64,000 nt of DNA from Candidatus Latescibacterota bacterium (GTDB lineage: Bacteria > Latescibacterota > UBA2968): contig OZ242320.1 of assembly GCA_965208125.1 (NCBI GenBank), positions 1 to 64,000 of the forward strand. Direction: 5' to 3'. Positions 45,597-56,361 of this stretch are shown here, one piece after another. The notes beneath the pieces are model-generated. The model had not been told where the DNA came from, made no database searches, and was given only the letters and a program-made list of their open reading frames with translations. Positions within the stretch are counted from its first letter, which is position 1. Each line of letters starts with the position of its first letter. The position numbers and the translations under genes were made by a program.

Positions 45597-46970
45597 ATGG
45601 CTCCCAACATCATCTTTATCCTCACCGATGATCAAGGTCCCTGGGCTGCCGGATGTTATGGCAATCCAGAAATTCGCACCCCCAATCTCGACCGCATTGC
45701 CGCCACGGGTATTCGCTTCGACAATTTTTTTGTCACCATCCCCGTGTGCTCGCCCAGCCGCGCCTCTTTTCTCACTGGTCGCATCCCCTCACAGCACGGC
45801 GTACACGATTGGATCCGCGAAGGCAACACCGGTCCCGATGCGGCTTCTTATCTCCAGGACGAAATCTGCTATACCGATATCCTATCCGAACACGGCTGGA
45901 CATGTGGGTTATCGGGCAAATGGCACCTGGGCAATAGCACCTTGCCGCAGCACGGTTTCTCGCACTGGTTTGCCCACGAAAAAGGCGGTGGTCCCTACAA
46001 CGACGCCACACTGGTACGCAACGGCGAACTCGTCACCGTGCCGGGTTATGTGACCACCGCCATCACAGACGACGCCCTCGCATTTATCGACAATCACGCC
46101 GATGATGACAATCCCTTTTATCTCAGCGTTCACTACACAGCGCCCCACAGCCCATGGACTGGACACCCCCAGGATATTGTCGATTCCTACGACGACTGCC
46201 CATTCGAATCCTGTCCACAAGAAGATCCGCATCCCTGGGCGGGTGGCTTGAGCAATAATTTGGGCAACCGCGAAAGTCTCAAAGGCTATTTTGCCGCCGT
46301 CACCGCAATGGATTATGACGTGGGACGCATCCTCGATAAAATTGAGGACAAAGGAATTCGCGACAACACCCTCGTTGTCTTCACCTCTGACAATGGTTTT
46401 TCCTGCGGTCATCACGGTTTTTGGGGCAAGGGCAATGGCACGCGTCCCTTAAATATGTATGAAAACTCTATCAAAGTGCCTTTCTTGGCCAGCCATCCCG
46501 GCGTCATCCCCGAAGGCAGCGTGCAGCCCGCAATGGCTTCGGGATACGATTTTATGCCCACCCTCCTCGACTATCTCAACTTGCCCTTACCAGAAGACCG
46601 CAACTACCCCGGTCGATCCTTCCTCGTCGCGCTTAAAGGCGAAGAAGATCCCGGTCGCGACAATGTCGTTATCTACGACGAATACGGCACAACGCGCATG
46701 ATCCGCACGGCAGAATGGAAATACGTACATCGCTATCCCGATGGCCCCAATGAACTCTATGACCTGCAAAACGATCCCGACGAGCGCGACAACCTCGTTG
46801 ACGACAACGCACAGGCCAACCGCATCAAAACGATGAAAACGCAGATGGAAACGTGGTTTGCAACCTACAGCGTCCCCGACAAAGACGGGCGCGATTACAC
46901 AGTCAGCGGCGCAGGACAACTCCGACCCGTCGGCCGAAATTGGGAAGACGACCGCAAACCCTTTGCGTAA
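45597..46970 (+). CDS. Formylglycine-dependent sulfatase
   Basis: PNIIFILTDD, CSPSRASFLTG, GKWHLG, FTSDNG. Confidence 0.93.
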   Translation: MAPNIIFILTDDQGPWAAGCYGNPEIRTPNLDRIAATGIRFDNFFVTIPVCSPSRASFLTGRIPSQHGVHDWIREGNTGPDAASYLQDEICYTDILSEHGWTCGLSGKWHLGNSTLPQHGFSHWFAHEKGGGPYNDATLVRNGELVTVPGYVTTAITDDALAFIDNHADDDNPFYLSVHYTAPHSPWTGHPQDIVDSYDDCPFESCPQEDPHPWAGGLSNNLGNRESLKGYFAAVTAMDYDVGRILDKIEDKGIRDNTLVVFTSDNGFSCGHHGFWGKGNGTRPLNMYENSIKVPFLASHPGVIPEGSVQPAMASGYDFMPTLLDYLNLPLPEDRNYPGRSFLVALKGEEDPGRDNVVIYDEYGTTRMIRTAEWKYVHRYPDGPNELYDLQNDPDERDNLVDDNAQANRIKTMKTQMETWFATYSVPDKDGRDYTVSGAGQLRPVGRNWEDDRKPFA

Positions 46971-47003
46971 AGAGCAGTCAGTTTTTTATCAAAGGAGGTA
47001 CTG

Positions 47004-47888
47004 GTGAAAACGGGTGTGTGCAGTTACTGTTTCAATTCGATGCTGACCGAGGGTAAGATCTCTTTGATGGAGGCGATCGAATTCGTAGGAAAGGAGACTG
47101 CGGCCGACTGCTTCGAACCCTACTCCCCATACTGGAGTCCTGATCGAGACGTCCAAGAACAGGCGCGCGAGGCCCGGAAACTGATGGACCGGGTGGGCCT
47201 GCAGGCCTCGTGCCATGCCCTGGCGACCGATTTCGCCGTCTATAACGAAGGCGAAAATCGCGCCTGCCTGGACTGGTGTGAGAAGATGCTCCAGGTCGCC
47301 GTGATCCTCGGAGCCGATACGGTTCGAGTCGATCCCCGCACCGCCCCACCTCCCGGCAGATCCCGCGACGATATCGATCCCGAAGATGCCCTCGCCCGCG
47401 TTGCCCAAAGCATGCAGACCGTCGCCGATATCGCTATCGAAAAAGGCTTGAAAGTCGGCGTTGAAAACCACGGGCTGCTGCTCGGACGCACGTCGCAGAC
47501 CGCGTGCATCGTCGAGCGGGTCAATCGCCCCAACTTCGGTGTGAACCTCGACTTCACCAATTTCCGCACGGTCTTCGGAGAAGACCACATTGAGGCGACC
47601 CGGCTTCTCGCCAGACATGTCGTCCACATTCACGCCAAGGACTTCCACATTCGGCAGGATCCCCAACCTGGGGAGGAGTGGCGCGAAATCCCCTCGGGCG
47701 AATACGTCAAGCGCGCGGTCGGCGGCGAGGGGAACTCGGGTTGGGCCGAGATCTTTCGCATCCTCAAAGATGTGGGCTACAAGGGCACTATCTCCCTTGA
47801 GGTCTCAGATCCAGCGGACATTCGGGGCAGTGTCGCCAAAGGGGCGACCAATTTGAAGCGTATCATCTCGGAGGTGGAGCAGTTGTAA
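47004..47888 (+). CDS. Sugar phosphate isomerase/epimerase (xylose-isomerase-like TIM barrel)
   Basis: VENHG, LDFTNF, HIHAKD, GYKGTISLE. Confidence 0.85.
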   Translation: MKTGVCSYCFNSMLTEGKISLMEAIEFVGKETAADCFEPYSPYWSPDRDVQEQAREARKLMDRVGLQASCHALATDFAVYNEGENRACLDWCEKMLQVAVILGADTVRVDPRTAPPPGRSRDDIDPEDALARVAQSMQTVADIAIEKGLKVGVENHGLLLGRTSQTACIVERVNRPNFGVNLDFTNFRTVFGEDHIEATRLLARHVVHIHAKDFHIRQDPQPGEEWREIPSGEYVKRAVGGEGNSGWAEIFRILKDVGYKGTISLEVSDPADIRGSVAKGATNLKRIISEVEQL

Positions 47889-47939
47889 TCAGGACGTGGA
47901 TGGTCCCTTACAAGCGGCATAAGACACTGGAGGACGGAT

Positions 47940-49166
47940 ATGAATGACAAATTAGCTCTCTACGGCGGGGAAAAAACGCGCACAACTCCCTTCCCTTCGC
48001 GCACGCCATTTGGAAAAAAAGAAGAAGAATTGTTGTTGGACGCCGTGCGCAGTCAAAATCTGTTTGGCAAGAGCGGCACCTATGTCAAAGATTTCGAAAA
48101 GCAATTTGCCGAATTTTACGGAATGGGATATGCACAAAGTTCAACGAGCGGCACGGCGGCCATTCATCTGGCAGTGGGCGTTGTCGATCCCGAACCGGGG
48201 GACGAAATCATCACCGCACCCATTACCGATCCGGGCAGCGTAATGCCCATTTTGATTCAAAATGCCGTGCCCGTATTTGCCGACGTCGATCCCCTGACAA
48301 TGAACATGACACCCAAATCGATTGAAGAAAATATTACAGACCGAACGCGTGCAATCATCCTCGTACACTTGTTTGGACGCCCCTGCAATGTCGAAGAAGT
48401 GGTAAAAATTGCGGAAAAATACCATATTACGCTGATTGAAGATTGCAGCCAATGTCACGCCACCAAATACAAAGGTCGCTATGTGGGAACTTTCGGGCAT
48501 ATGGGTTGTTTTAGCTTGCAACAGTCCAAACACATGACCACGGGCGATGGCGGGATGACAGTCACGCATGACGAAGAAACCTATATTCGCCTCAAGTTGT
48601 TCTCCGATAAAGGATGGGATTATCAATATATGGGCGAACGCGATCACGCTTTTGTCGCACCCAACTATCGCATGACCGAGATGCAGGGCGCGGTTGGCCT
48701 CGCGCAATTGGAAAAAGTGCGCGGCGTGGTCGAGAGACGGCACGAATTGGGCGCATTGCTGTGTGAACTGATAGCCGATGCACCGGGAATAACGCCCGTT
48801 CCACCCGAGAGAGACCGCGAGGTTTCATGGTGGAATTTTGTTTTTCACGTCACGGGTCACGATCCCGATGAATTTTGCAAAGCCGTACGCGCCGAAGGCG
48901 TATCCATGGGGGCGCATTATATCAAAGATCCAATTTTTATGCGCGGAAATTACCTGACCGAAAAACGCACTTATGGAAACAGCGGATTCCCCTTTCACCA
49001 CGGCGTAACAAGCCGCGAATATAACTATGGCCCAGAACTCGTTCCCGGTGCAGTACAGGCATTGGGTACAGTCGTCGTATGGGGATTGCACGAGCACCTG
49101 GACGAAAAAGATATCCGCGATACCGCTGCAGCAATCAACAAAGTTGCAAACGGCCTGGGCAGATAG
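47940..49166 (+). CDS. DegT/DnrJ/EryC1/StrS family PLP aminotransferase
   Basis: SGTAAIHLA, PVFADVD, IEDCSQ, FSLQQSKHMTTGDGG, NYRMTE. Confidence 0.92.
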   Translation: MNDKLALYGGEKTRTTPFPSRTPFGKKEEELLLDAVRSQNLFGKSGTYVKDFEKQFAEFYGMGYAQSSTSGTAAIHLAVGVVDPEPGDEIITAPITDPGSVMPILIQNAVPVFADVDPLTMNMTPKSIEENITDRTRAIILVHLFGRPCNVEEVVKIAEKYHITLIEDCSQCHATKYKGRYVGTFGHMGCFSLQQSKHMTTGDGGMTVTHDEETYIRLKLFSDKGWDYQYMGERDHAFVAPNYRMTEMQGAVGLAQLEKVRGVVERRHELGALLCELIADAPGITPVPPERDREVSWWNFVFHVTGHDPDEFCKAVRAEGVSMGAHYIKDPIFMRGNYLTEKRTYGNSGFPFHHGVTSREYNYGPELVPGAVQALGTVVVWGLHEHLDEKDIRDTAAAINKVANGLGR

Positions 49167-49184
49167 ACGAAAAAAGGAATTCAA

Positions 49185-50210
49185 ATGCACCAGTCTTGTA
49201 CACGGTGGTATTACATCAGAGAAATTGTTGTACTCTGTATCTTGACTCTTTCTGCTTGTGGGAGCACACCGCCGCCGGACATCACAGGACCGGGAGAACC
49301 CGGTGCAGATCCAATACCGGGAGGCCCTGGACGGATCGCATATATAAAACAAAACTTGCAAACGGGCAGTTTTCATCTCCATATCGTAGATCCCGACGGT
49401 AGAAATCCCATCAATCTCAATCCCACAGACGATCTGGCCGCATATTCCGGGCAATCGTGGTCGCCCGACGGCACACAACTCGCCTTTACCTCAAATCGCA
49501 GCGGCAATGCCATTTACAACATTTTTCTCATGAATTCCGACGGGAGCAATATCCGCAGTGTGGTTGAAAATTCGACAAACGAATTCGCATCTTCCTGGTC
49601 ACCCGATGGGCAGAAAATTCTCTTTCAGACCTGGCGCAGCGATGAAACAGCCTGGGATATTTATGTGGTCAACATTGACGGTTCTGGCGAAAAGGTGCTG
49701 ATCAATACGGATATGGAAGAGCAACTTCCCGTCTGGTCGCCCGATGGCACCCAATTTGCCTATCAGGCCGGGCATCGCGGTCAGGGAATCGACATCTATG
49801 TCGCCAATGCCGATGGTACAGACGCGATGCGTTTGACAGATGGCAATGGCACCTTGCACGCTGCACCTGCATGGTCGCCCGATGGTACACAGATAGCGTT
49901 TGAATCCAACCGCCATCAACCCCTGCCAACGGGCACGCGAACGCCCCTGGCGCAGTACGAGATTTATGTAATGAATCGAGACGGATCAAACATGCGTCGC
50001 CTCACGTCTTCTCAACCACTTGAAGCAGTACGCTATCCAACCTGGTCGCCGGATGGGAAGCAAATTGCATTTGAATTTCACACTTATGCAACAGAGCTAA
50101 TCTCGGGATTTTCGACCATTAAGGTCATGAATGCAGATGGATCCAATTTGTACTCCATTCCCAATCTTCTCATTGGCGCGCGCTTCCCGCGCTGGGCACC
50201 TGTGCCGTAA
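49185..50210 (+). CDS. TolB-like PD40 beta-propeller lipoprotein
   Basis: Lipobox LSAC; five WSPDG repeats. Confidence 0.88.
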   Translation: MHQSCTRWYYIREIVVLCILTLSACGSTPPPDITGPGEPGADPIPGGPGRIAYIKQNLQTGSFHLHIVDPDGRNPINLNPTDDLAAYSGQSWSPDGTQLAFTSNRSGNAIYNIFLMNSDGSNIRSVVENSTNEFASSWSPDGQKILFQTWRSDETAWDIYVVNIDGSGEKVLINTDMEEQLPVWSPDGTQFAYQAGHRGQGIDIYVANADGTDAMRLTDGNGTLHAAPAWSPDGTQIAFESNRHQPLPTGTRTPLAQYEIYVMNRDGSNMRRLTSSQPLEAVRYPTWSPDGKQIAFEFHTYATELISGFSTIKVMNADGSNLYSIPNLLIGARFPRWAPVP

Positions 50211-50238
50211 ACACACATCCATGCCGTGCAACCGCCTG

Positions 50239-50268
50239 AAAGTCTCGGATTTCATCTGAGACTTTTTT
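50239..50268 (+). terminator. Intrinsic terminator
   Basis: AAAGTCTCGGAT-TTC-ATCTGAGACTTTTTT. Confidence 0.8.
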
Positions 50269-50348
50269 ATTTGACTTCGCCGTTTTTGTCCAATTAATTG
50301 TTCGCAGTTGGGTATATGATATTGCGAACCACTTTTCAGGAGGCGTGT

Positions 50349-51068
50349 ATGAGACGGCCAACAGATGCTGAACGACAGGAGTGGGAAGACAACGGCGTGT
50401 TGTTTTTAGAAAATGCAATTAGGGGAGAAGACCTCTCACGGTTGCAGGCCATGTTTGATCGGTGTGCCGCCGAAGCCAGACGCGAATGGTTGGAGGGAAT
50501 TGCAAAAGGCACGCGCCCCGCTGCCCATTTTGATATACCAAAGCCACTGGAAAAAGACGATGTATTTATCGACCTCATCGATTATCCGGGCTGGTACGGA
50601 TTTTTGATGGATTTTGCCGATGAAGATCTGATACTGCTCGCGCCACAAGTGCGAACCCTGCCGGTATCACCCATCAGTTATGTGGGCTGGCATCCGGATG
50701 TACCGCATACGACACCGCTCCATATGAAGGTACAGATTTATATCGAGGATGTCCCGGTTGACGGAGGTGCATTTGGGTACGTGCCGGGCAGCCATAAACC
50801 CGATGTCGGGCCTTGTCCCGTGGTTCGTCCACTCGATTCAATGCCAGGGCACAAAGTGTATCCAGGCAAAGCGGGCGATGCGGTATTATTCAATTCTTAT
50901 GGGTGGCATACATCGATGGTCAACCGCACGTTAAAGCCGCGCAAGTCGATTATCCTCATTTACGAAAAGTGGAGTAAGGACCGCATATCGACCAAACATT
51001 TTGCATCGATAGCACACGAATGCACAACGCCAGACCGCAGGCGGTTGTTCAGCCTGGATGAGAGATGA
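50349..51068 (+). CDS. PhyH-family Fe/2OG dioxygenase
   Basis: WHPD, VPGSHK, AGDAVLF...WHT, conserved Arg; SD AGGAGG before ATG 50349. Confidence 0.85.
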   Translation: MRRPTDAERQEWEDNGVLFLENAIRGEDLSRLQAMFDRCAAEARREWLEGIAKGTRPAAHFDIPKPLEKDDVFIDLIDYPGWYGFLMDFADEDLILLAPQVRTLPVSPISYVGWHPDVPHTTPLHMKVQIYIEDVPVDGGAFGYVPGSHKPDVGPCPVVRPLDSMPGHKVYPGKAGDAVLFNSYGWHTSMVNRTLKPRKSIILIYEKWSKDRISTKHFASIAHECTTPDRRRLFSLDER

Positions 51069-51975
51069 TAGTATGCCAATTATTGACTCGCACCTGCATG
51101 TATTTGAAAAACTGTCTGATGATTTTCCCCGTGAGGTAAATGACCAGTGTCCAGCAGACAGGGCAGAAACAGCAGAAAAATTGCTAGAGGTCATGGCAGC
51201 CAATGGGGTTGATCAGGCGATATTGACGCAGATTGGCGGTACACAATTACTGCACCACCGGTATTTGCAGCATTGTTTGAAGACCTATCCCAATCACTTC
51301 CGGGGAATTGGCTTGATTCCTCGGGATGAATGGGACGCACCGGAAGACCACATGGACCGGTTGGCTGAGAATGGGGATATTATCGGATTTCGAATTAACG
51401 AAATTGGCGGGCCTGTCGATCCCCTCTCCCATATGGATGTACGGACATTTACTTCGTATCGCATCTGGAAACACGCAGCGAAAAAAAACTACGTGATGTG
51501 GCTGTATATTCGGGCAAAAGACGCGCACCAAGTCGCCTTTATGGTTCGGGAATTTCCCGAAATTCGCGCTGTGTTTAACCATCTGATGATCTGTCCGGGC
51601 GAGGGAATGTTTTCGTGGGATGACGAAGGGCGCCCGCACATCAATACCCCTATACCGCCAATGACGCGCTACTCGATGCTGGGCTTGCACGAATACCCCA
51701 ATATCTGCGTACATCTATCGGGGCAATATGCGTTTAGCCAGGAGGCCTGGCCCTATCGCGATCTGGAGAGTTGGCACAAAACACTGCTTTCTAAATTCGG
51801 CGCAGACAAATTGATGTGGGCGACGGATTTTCCATGGATTTTGGAAGATCCAGGGTATGATAAGCTGGTACGGGTAATCGATGAATTACTACCGGATTTG
51901 AGCGCGCAGCAAAAAGCAAAAATTATGGGAGGAACGGCAAAACGGGTTTTGGGCTTTCCCGACCTGGCGGATTAA
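51058..51975 (+). CDS. Amidohydrolase_2 family protein (possible sugar lactonase)
   Basis: IIDSHLH, FNHL, LMWATDFP. Confidence 0.85.
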   Translation: MRDDSMPIIDSHLHVFEKLSDDFPREVNDQCPADRAETAEKLLEVMAANGVDQAILTQIGGTQLLHHRYLQHCLKTYPNHFRGIGLIPRDEWDAPEDHMDRLAENGDIIGFRINEIGGPVDPLSHMDVRTFTSYRIWKHAAKKNYVMWLYIRAKDAHQVAFMVREFPEIRAVFNHLMICPGEGMFSWDDEGRPHINTPIPPMTRYSMLGLHEYPNICVHLSGQYAFSQEAWPYRDLESWHKTLLSKFGADKLMWATDFPWILEDPGYDKLVRVIDELLPDLSAQQKAKIMGGTAKRVLGFPDLAD

Positions 51976-52286
51976 CCCTTTTGAAATTGACCTTGTATTG
52001 TTCGAGTGCCTCAAGCGCCTTGTTATCGGGATGGGGTATATATCGCGGGACTTCCCAAAAGACGCGACAGCTTCTACCCTCTGGCCCTGTTTTTGCACCA
52101 GACTTCCCTTCAAGTAGTACAGCCGCGCCAGGGTTTTCTTTATTAATGCCTCGTATTTGAGCGTCTCTGCCCTATCTAACGAGACCTGTTCCCAATGCGA
52201 GCTATTCCCATTCTCTATAAGTATGGCGGCCATAAAAATTGATCATAGGATCTTGATGCGACCGCCAGACCATCCACGCGATTCAT
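51976..52286 (-). pseudogene. Degraded gene remnant with a TPR-like C-terminal fragment
   Basis: ATGA-coupled start after the GtrA gene gives only 23 codons; a second frame carries LARLYYLKGSLVQKQGQRVEAVASF and appears to shift frame again near YP. Confidence 0.5.
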
Positions 52287-52705
52287 TGCGTACCGTCCTC
52301 CTTTTTTTTTGCTCGCCCGTCTGCCACCTCGCGAAACGTCCAGAGGGAATTGATGAAATAGTTGAACAACGTGGCCGGGGCGATCGCGCACCCCTGCAAA
52401 ATGATCGATTGCACCGCAGGAAAAAGGAAGGAAAGCAAGACAAATGTGCCATAACTCAGCATGAGCGTCACCAGCGAAACGAGGTTGTACTTCATCCCCC
52501 GAACGCGCTTTTTTCCCGCCAGTGCGCGATCGCGGAAAGTCCAGTAGTTATTGAGCAAAAAATTTGAGATAATCGACAACTCAATTGCAACTGGCGATGC
52601 CAGCAACTTATGCACACCGAGATTGAGCAGAAGCTGAAACGAACCGAGATTGACAAATACCCCCGATAAACCCGTGAGGGCAAATTTGATAAATGTCCGG
52701 GACAT
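52283..52705 (-). CDS. GtrA family membrane protein
   Basis: FIKFALTGLSGVFVN, SIISNFLLNNYWTF, NYFINSLWTF. Confidence 0.85.
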   Translation of the reverse strand: MSRTFIKFALTGLSGVFVNLGSFQLLLNLGVHKLLASPVAIELSIISNFLLNNYWTFRDRALAGKKRVRGMKYNLVSLVTLMLSYGTFVLLSFLFPAVQSIILQGCAIAPATLFNYFINSLWTFREVADGRAKKKEDGTQ

Positions 52706-52838
52706 ACATTTTCCGATAAATTGAATTTTCAACTGGTCAAAGTAACAACGCACCTTCGAGAAATCAAGCGCGAAACCCCAAAAATATTCTCTCGCATTTA
52801 ACAGAATGCACAGATAACTTAATACGGTTGGCCCGATA

Positions 52839-53723
52839 GTGAAACGAATCGCTAAAATTTTGCTCCTCTCTATATTGTTGTTTATTGCACTGTGTGTTGT
52901 GCTATCCATCTGGAGGAAACCGATGCCCGATCATCCTTTCATCAAAAAAAACGCGGGTGTTGAAGTGATTGCACACCGGGGGGGATGGCGATTGTGGCCC
53001 GAAAATACGCTATATGCTTTCCAACACGCGGTAGATCTCGGCGTGGATATGCTGGAAATGGATATTCGCAGTACAAAAGACGGCCATATCGTGGTCTTTC
53101 ACGATGAGACCGTGACGCGCACAACCAATGGTAACGCGTGTGTAAATGATCTGACACTTGCAGAATTGAAACAATTAGATGCGGGATACAAATGGTCGGC
53201 TGACAAAGGCGCTACTTTTCCCTTTCGCGGAAAAGGAATAGTAGCGCCAACGCTGGATGAAGTCTTCGCGTCTTTTCCGCACATGCGAATGACCATTGAA
53301 ATCAAACAGAAAGAGCCGGATATTGTCACGGCATTTGGCAACCTGATTCGCCACCACGGGATGCAACACCGCGTGCTGGTCGCGTGTTTTGACACCGGAA
53401 CATTGAAGCGTTTTCGCAAGCAATTTCCCGAAGTTGCGACATCGCCGGGCATGACGGAAGGAATGATTTTCTATGCCCTGTGCTGGTTGCATTTGGGCGC
53501 GATTTATCAGCCCAATGTCGAAGTATTGCAGTTTCCACTAAAAATGGGACCGATAAACGGCAGCCATCCGCGCCTTTTATCTGGAGCGCGCAAAAACAAT
53601 ATACAGGTGCAAATATGGACTGTAGATGACGAATCGAAAATGCGAATGCTGATTGAAAAAGGGGTAGATGGCATCATCACCCGCCGGCCTGACCGCATGT
53701 TAAAAATACTCGGACGAGAATAG
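52839..53723 (+). CDS. Glycerophosphodiester phosphodiesterase
   Basis: IAHRGG, PENT, EMDIRSTKDG, HDETVTRTT, IEIK, WTVD, GVDGIIT. Confidence 0.93.
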   Translation: MKRIAKILLLSILLFIALCVVLSIWRKPMPDHPFIKKNAGVEVIAHRGGWRLWPENTLYAFQHAVDLGVDMLEMDIRSTKDGHIVVFHDETVTRTTNGNACVNDLTLAELKQLDAGYKWSADKGATFPFRGKGIVAPTLDEVFASFPHMRMTIEIKQKEPDIVTAFGNLIRHHGMQHRVLVACFDTGTLKRFRKQFPEVATSPGMTEGMIFYALCWLHLGAIYQPNVEVLQFPLKMGPINGSHPRLLSGARKNNIQVQIWTVDDESKMRMLIEKGVDGIITRRPDRMLKILGRE

Positions 53724-53748
53724 ACCTTTCACAAACGGAATAAATACT

Positions 53749-55212
53749 ATGTCTGAACAAATCAATTTGCTTTTTATATTAACAGACGACCAGGGATATT
53801 GGGCGATGGGATGTGCGGGCAATTCGGAAATTCGCACACCCAATCTGGATCGATTGGCCACAACGGGATTGCGCTTTGAGAATTTCTTTTGCGCATCGCC
53901 AGTCTGCTCACCGGCTCGAGCTTCCATCTTAACGGGCCGCATTCCATCACAACACGGCGTACAGGATTTCTTGCGGGCGGGCAATTCAAATATCTACGGC
54001 TCAGATGATCGGGCTATCGAATATCTATCCGGGCAAACAGCATATACCGATATCCTATCTGAGCGGGGCTATACCTGTGGTTTAAGTGGCAAATGGCATC
54101 TGGGCTATTCGGAAAAACCGCAGAAAAATTTTGCGTTTTGGGATGTTCACGCAAGTGGCGCAGGACCGTATTACAATGCTCCTATGATTCGCGATGGCAA
54201 AGCGTATCAAACATCGGATTATGTGAGCGATCTAATTACAGATAATGCATTGGATTTTTTGGAAGCCCAAAAGGGTACAGATCAACCATTTTGCTTGAAT
54301 GTCCACTACACAGCGCCTCACGCGCCCTGGGGACGCGAACACCATCCGCCGAAGTTATTCGAAGATTATTATCAAAACTGTCCTTTTGAATCAACACCTG
54401 ACGAACCCATGCATCCCCAGCAGTTGTCAAAGACAGGGTCGTCGGGTTCTCTGGGATTTACGGAAGAAGAGCGCCGAGAAACACTCAGCGGCTATTTTAC
54501 CGCAATGACCGCGATGGACGCCAACGTGGGCAGGTTGCTGGATTGGCTGGAAGCCAATGGGTTGCGAGAAAATACACTCATCGCATTTACAAGCGACAAT
54601 GGAATGAACATGGGACATCACGGGATTTACGGCAAAGGCAATGGGACATTCCCGCCAAATATGTTCGACACCTCGGTGAAAGTCCCCATGCTCTTCTCGC
54701 ATCCAGGTCGCATTCCCGAAGGCGAGGTTATTTCTTCACTGCACAGCCATTACGACATCATGCCGACCTTGCTGGACTATCTCAACGTAGAAAACCCCGA
54801 CTCCAATTCCCTTCCCGGGCGCAGCTTTTCCGCATTGCTCGAAGGACGTGCTTTAAGTGGCGATGACCGGGTGGTTGTATATGACGAATACGGTCCCACG
54901 CGAATGATCCGCACCGTGGAATGGAAATACGTCCATCGCTATCCCTATGGTCCCCATGAACTTTACGACCTGATAAACGACCCGGATGAACGACAAAATC
55001 TGATCGCAGAACAAAAACACCAGCCCATTCGGGAATCGCTACAGGCCGATCTGGATGCGTGGTTTGTGCGCTATGCCGATCCCGAACGAGATGGCTCGCG
55101 CGAAGCCGTGATGGGCAGAGGGCAGTTGGACATTGTTGGACCTGCTGCAAAGGGGCGGAAGCGGTTTGGCGATGATGTCGTTTTTGAGCGCGATAACAAA
55201 CGGAGATCTTGA
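53749..55212 (+). CDS. Formylglycine-dependent sulfatase (close paralogue of 45597-46970)
   Basis: CSPARASILTG, GKWHLG, shared GNxEIRTPNLDR and YDEYGxTRMIRT. Confidence 0.93.
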   Translation: MSEQINLLFILTDDQGYWAMGCAGNSEIRTPNLDRLATTGLRFENFFCASPVCSPARASILTGRIPSQHGVQDFLRAGNSNIYGSDDRAIEYLSGQTAYTDILSERGYTCGLSGKWHLGYSEKPQKNFAFWDVHASGAGPYYNAPMIRDGKAYQTSDYVSDLITDNALDFLEAQKGTDQPFCLNVHYTAPHAPWGREHHPPKLFEDYYQNCPFESTPDEPMHPQQLSKTGSSGSLGFTEEERRETLSGYFTAMTAMDANVGRLLDWLEANGLRENTLIAFTSDNGMNMGHHGIYGKGNGTFPPNMFDTSVKVPMLFSHPGRIPEGEVISSLHSHYDIMPTLLDYLNVENPDSNSLPGRSFSALLEGRALSGDDRVVVYDEYGPTRMIRTVEWKYVHRYPYGPHELYDLINDPDERQNLIAEQKHQPIRESLQADLDAWFVRYADPERDGSREAVMGRGQLDIVGPAAKGRKRFGDDVVFERDNKRRS

Positions 55213-55214
55213 CA

Positions 55215-56348
55215 ATGGCCGATCTACTTAATGAACGCATTGTACGCATTGAAAAAGTCATGTTAAAAAGTCCACGACCCCGCTTTGTGGGCGTAAATTC
55301 CAAAGGTGGTCCCATAGGCGATATGGTTACAGATCACGTCGTTCGCATCCATACAGATAGCGAAGCCGTTGGCGTTGGCTGGTCGCGCATAAACCACAAA
55401 CAGGCCGAACAATTCTTGGGAAAACAATTGAATGAACTCTTCGCATTGCCCCACGGATGTTTGGAAGCGGGCGAAAGCATTGACTTACCGCTGTGGGACC
55501 TGGTGGCAAAACTCTCGGATCAGCCATTATACAAACTGCTGGGTGCCCACGGCTCCCGGCAAGTGGAACTCTACGACGGATCGGTTTATATCGACGACCT
55601 CGAAGCGACTGATGACGAAGCAGTGGCTATTTTTCAGGAAGAAGTAAAAACCGGCCAGGAACACGGATTCAAAAATTTTAAAATAAAAATTGGACGCGGG
55701 GCAAAGTGGATGCCGATTATGAAAGGCCTGGAACGGGATGTACTGGTCATTCAAACAATTCGAGAGGCAGCGGGACCAGACGCCAAAATTCTCGTTGATG
55801 CCAACAATGGCACAACGCTGAATATTGCCCAGGAAATTCTCAAACGGTGTGAATCCGCAAGGATCTACTGGTTTGAAGAAGCCTTCCACGAGGAACGGGG
55901 ATTCAACGAACCTTTTAAGGCATTTATTCAAGCATCGGGTTATGATACTTATGTCGCAGATGGCGAATCAGGACCTCCTCCGCCTAATTTTTTTGACATG
56001 GTAGAACGTGGCTGGATTGATATAGTACAACACGATTTCCGCGCCAGAGGATTGACCTGGTGGAAAGCGACAGCGGACATGATCGCGCCCTGGGGAGCGC
56101 AATGTGCCCCGCATTGCTGGGGCAGTATTATTGAGCGATATGCACACGCACATTTTGCCGCTTCGATTCCAAATTTCTGCCTATTAGAAGCAGCCCCGGC
56201 AGATACGCAGGGTGTAGTACTCGACGGTTGGGAATTTCGAGACGGTCACCTCATCGTACCAGATACGCCGGGAACGGGGTTTGACCTCGCGCCTGACACT
56301 ATCGCACGGGGAACACGCGAAGAAGGCGGGTTTTGTATTTCTGTTTAA
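55215..56348 (+). CDS. Mandelate racemase/enolase superfamily enzyme
   Basis: LWDL, FKIKIG (KxK), VDAN, WFEE, ADGE, PH. Confidence 0.85.
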   Translation: MADLLNERIVRIEKVMLKSPRPRFVGVNSKGGPIGDMVTDHVVRIHTDSEAVGVGWSRINHKQAEQFLGKQLNELFALPHGCLEAGESIDLPLWDLVAKLSDQPLYKLLGAHGSRQVELYDGSVYIDDLEATDDEAVAIFQEEVKTGQEHGFKNFKIKIGRGAKWMPIMKGLERDVLVIQTIREAAGPDAKILVDANNGTTLNIAQEILKRCESARIYWFEEAFHEERGFNEPFKAFIQASGYDTYVADGESGPPPPNFFDMVERGWIDIVQHDFRARGLTWWKATADMIAPWGAQCAPHCWGSIIERYAHAHFAASIPNFCLLEAAPADTQGVVLDGWEFRDGHLIVPDTPGTGFDLAPDTIARGTREEGGFCISV

Positions 56349-56361
56349 AAAGGATAAAATC

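Noticed and set aside
49455-50060. Recurring TGGTCGCCCGATGG sequences as a CRISPR or DNA repeat array
   Set aside because: They encode the WSPDG repeats of a PD40 beta-propeller; there are no cas genes.
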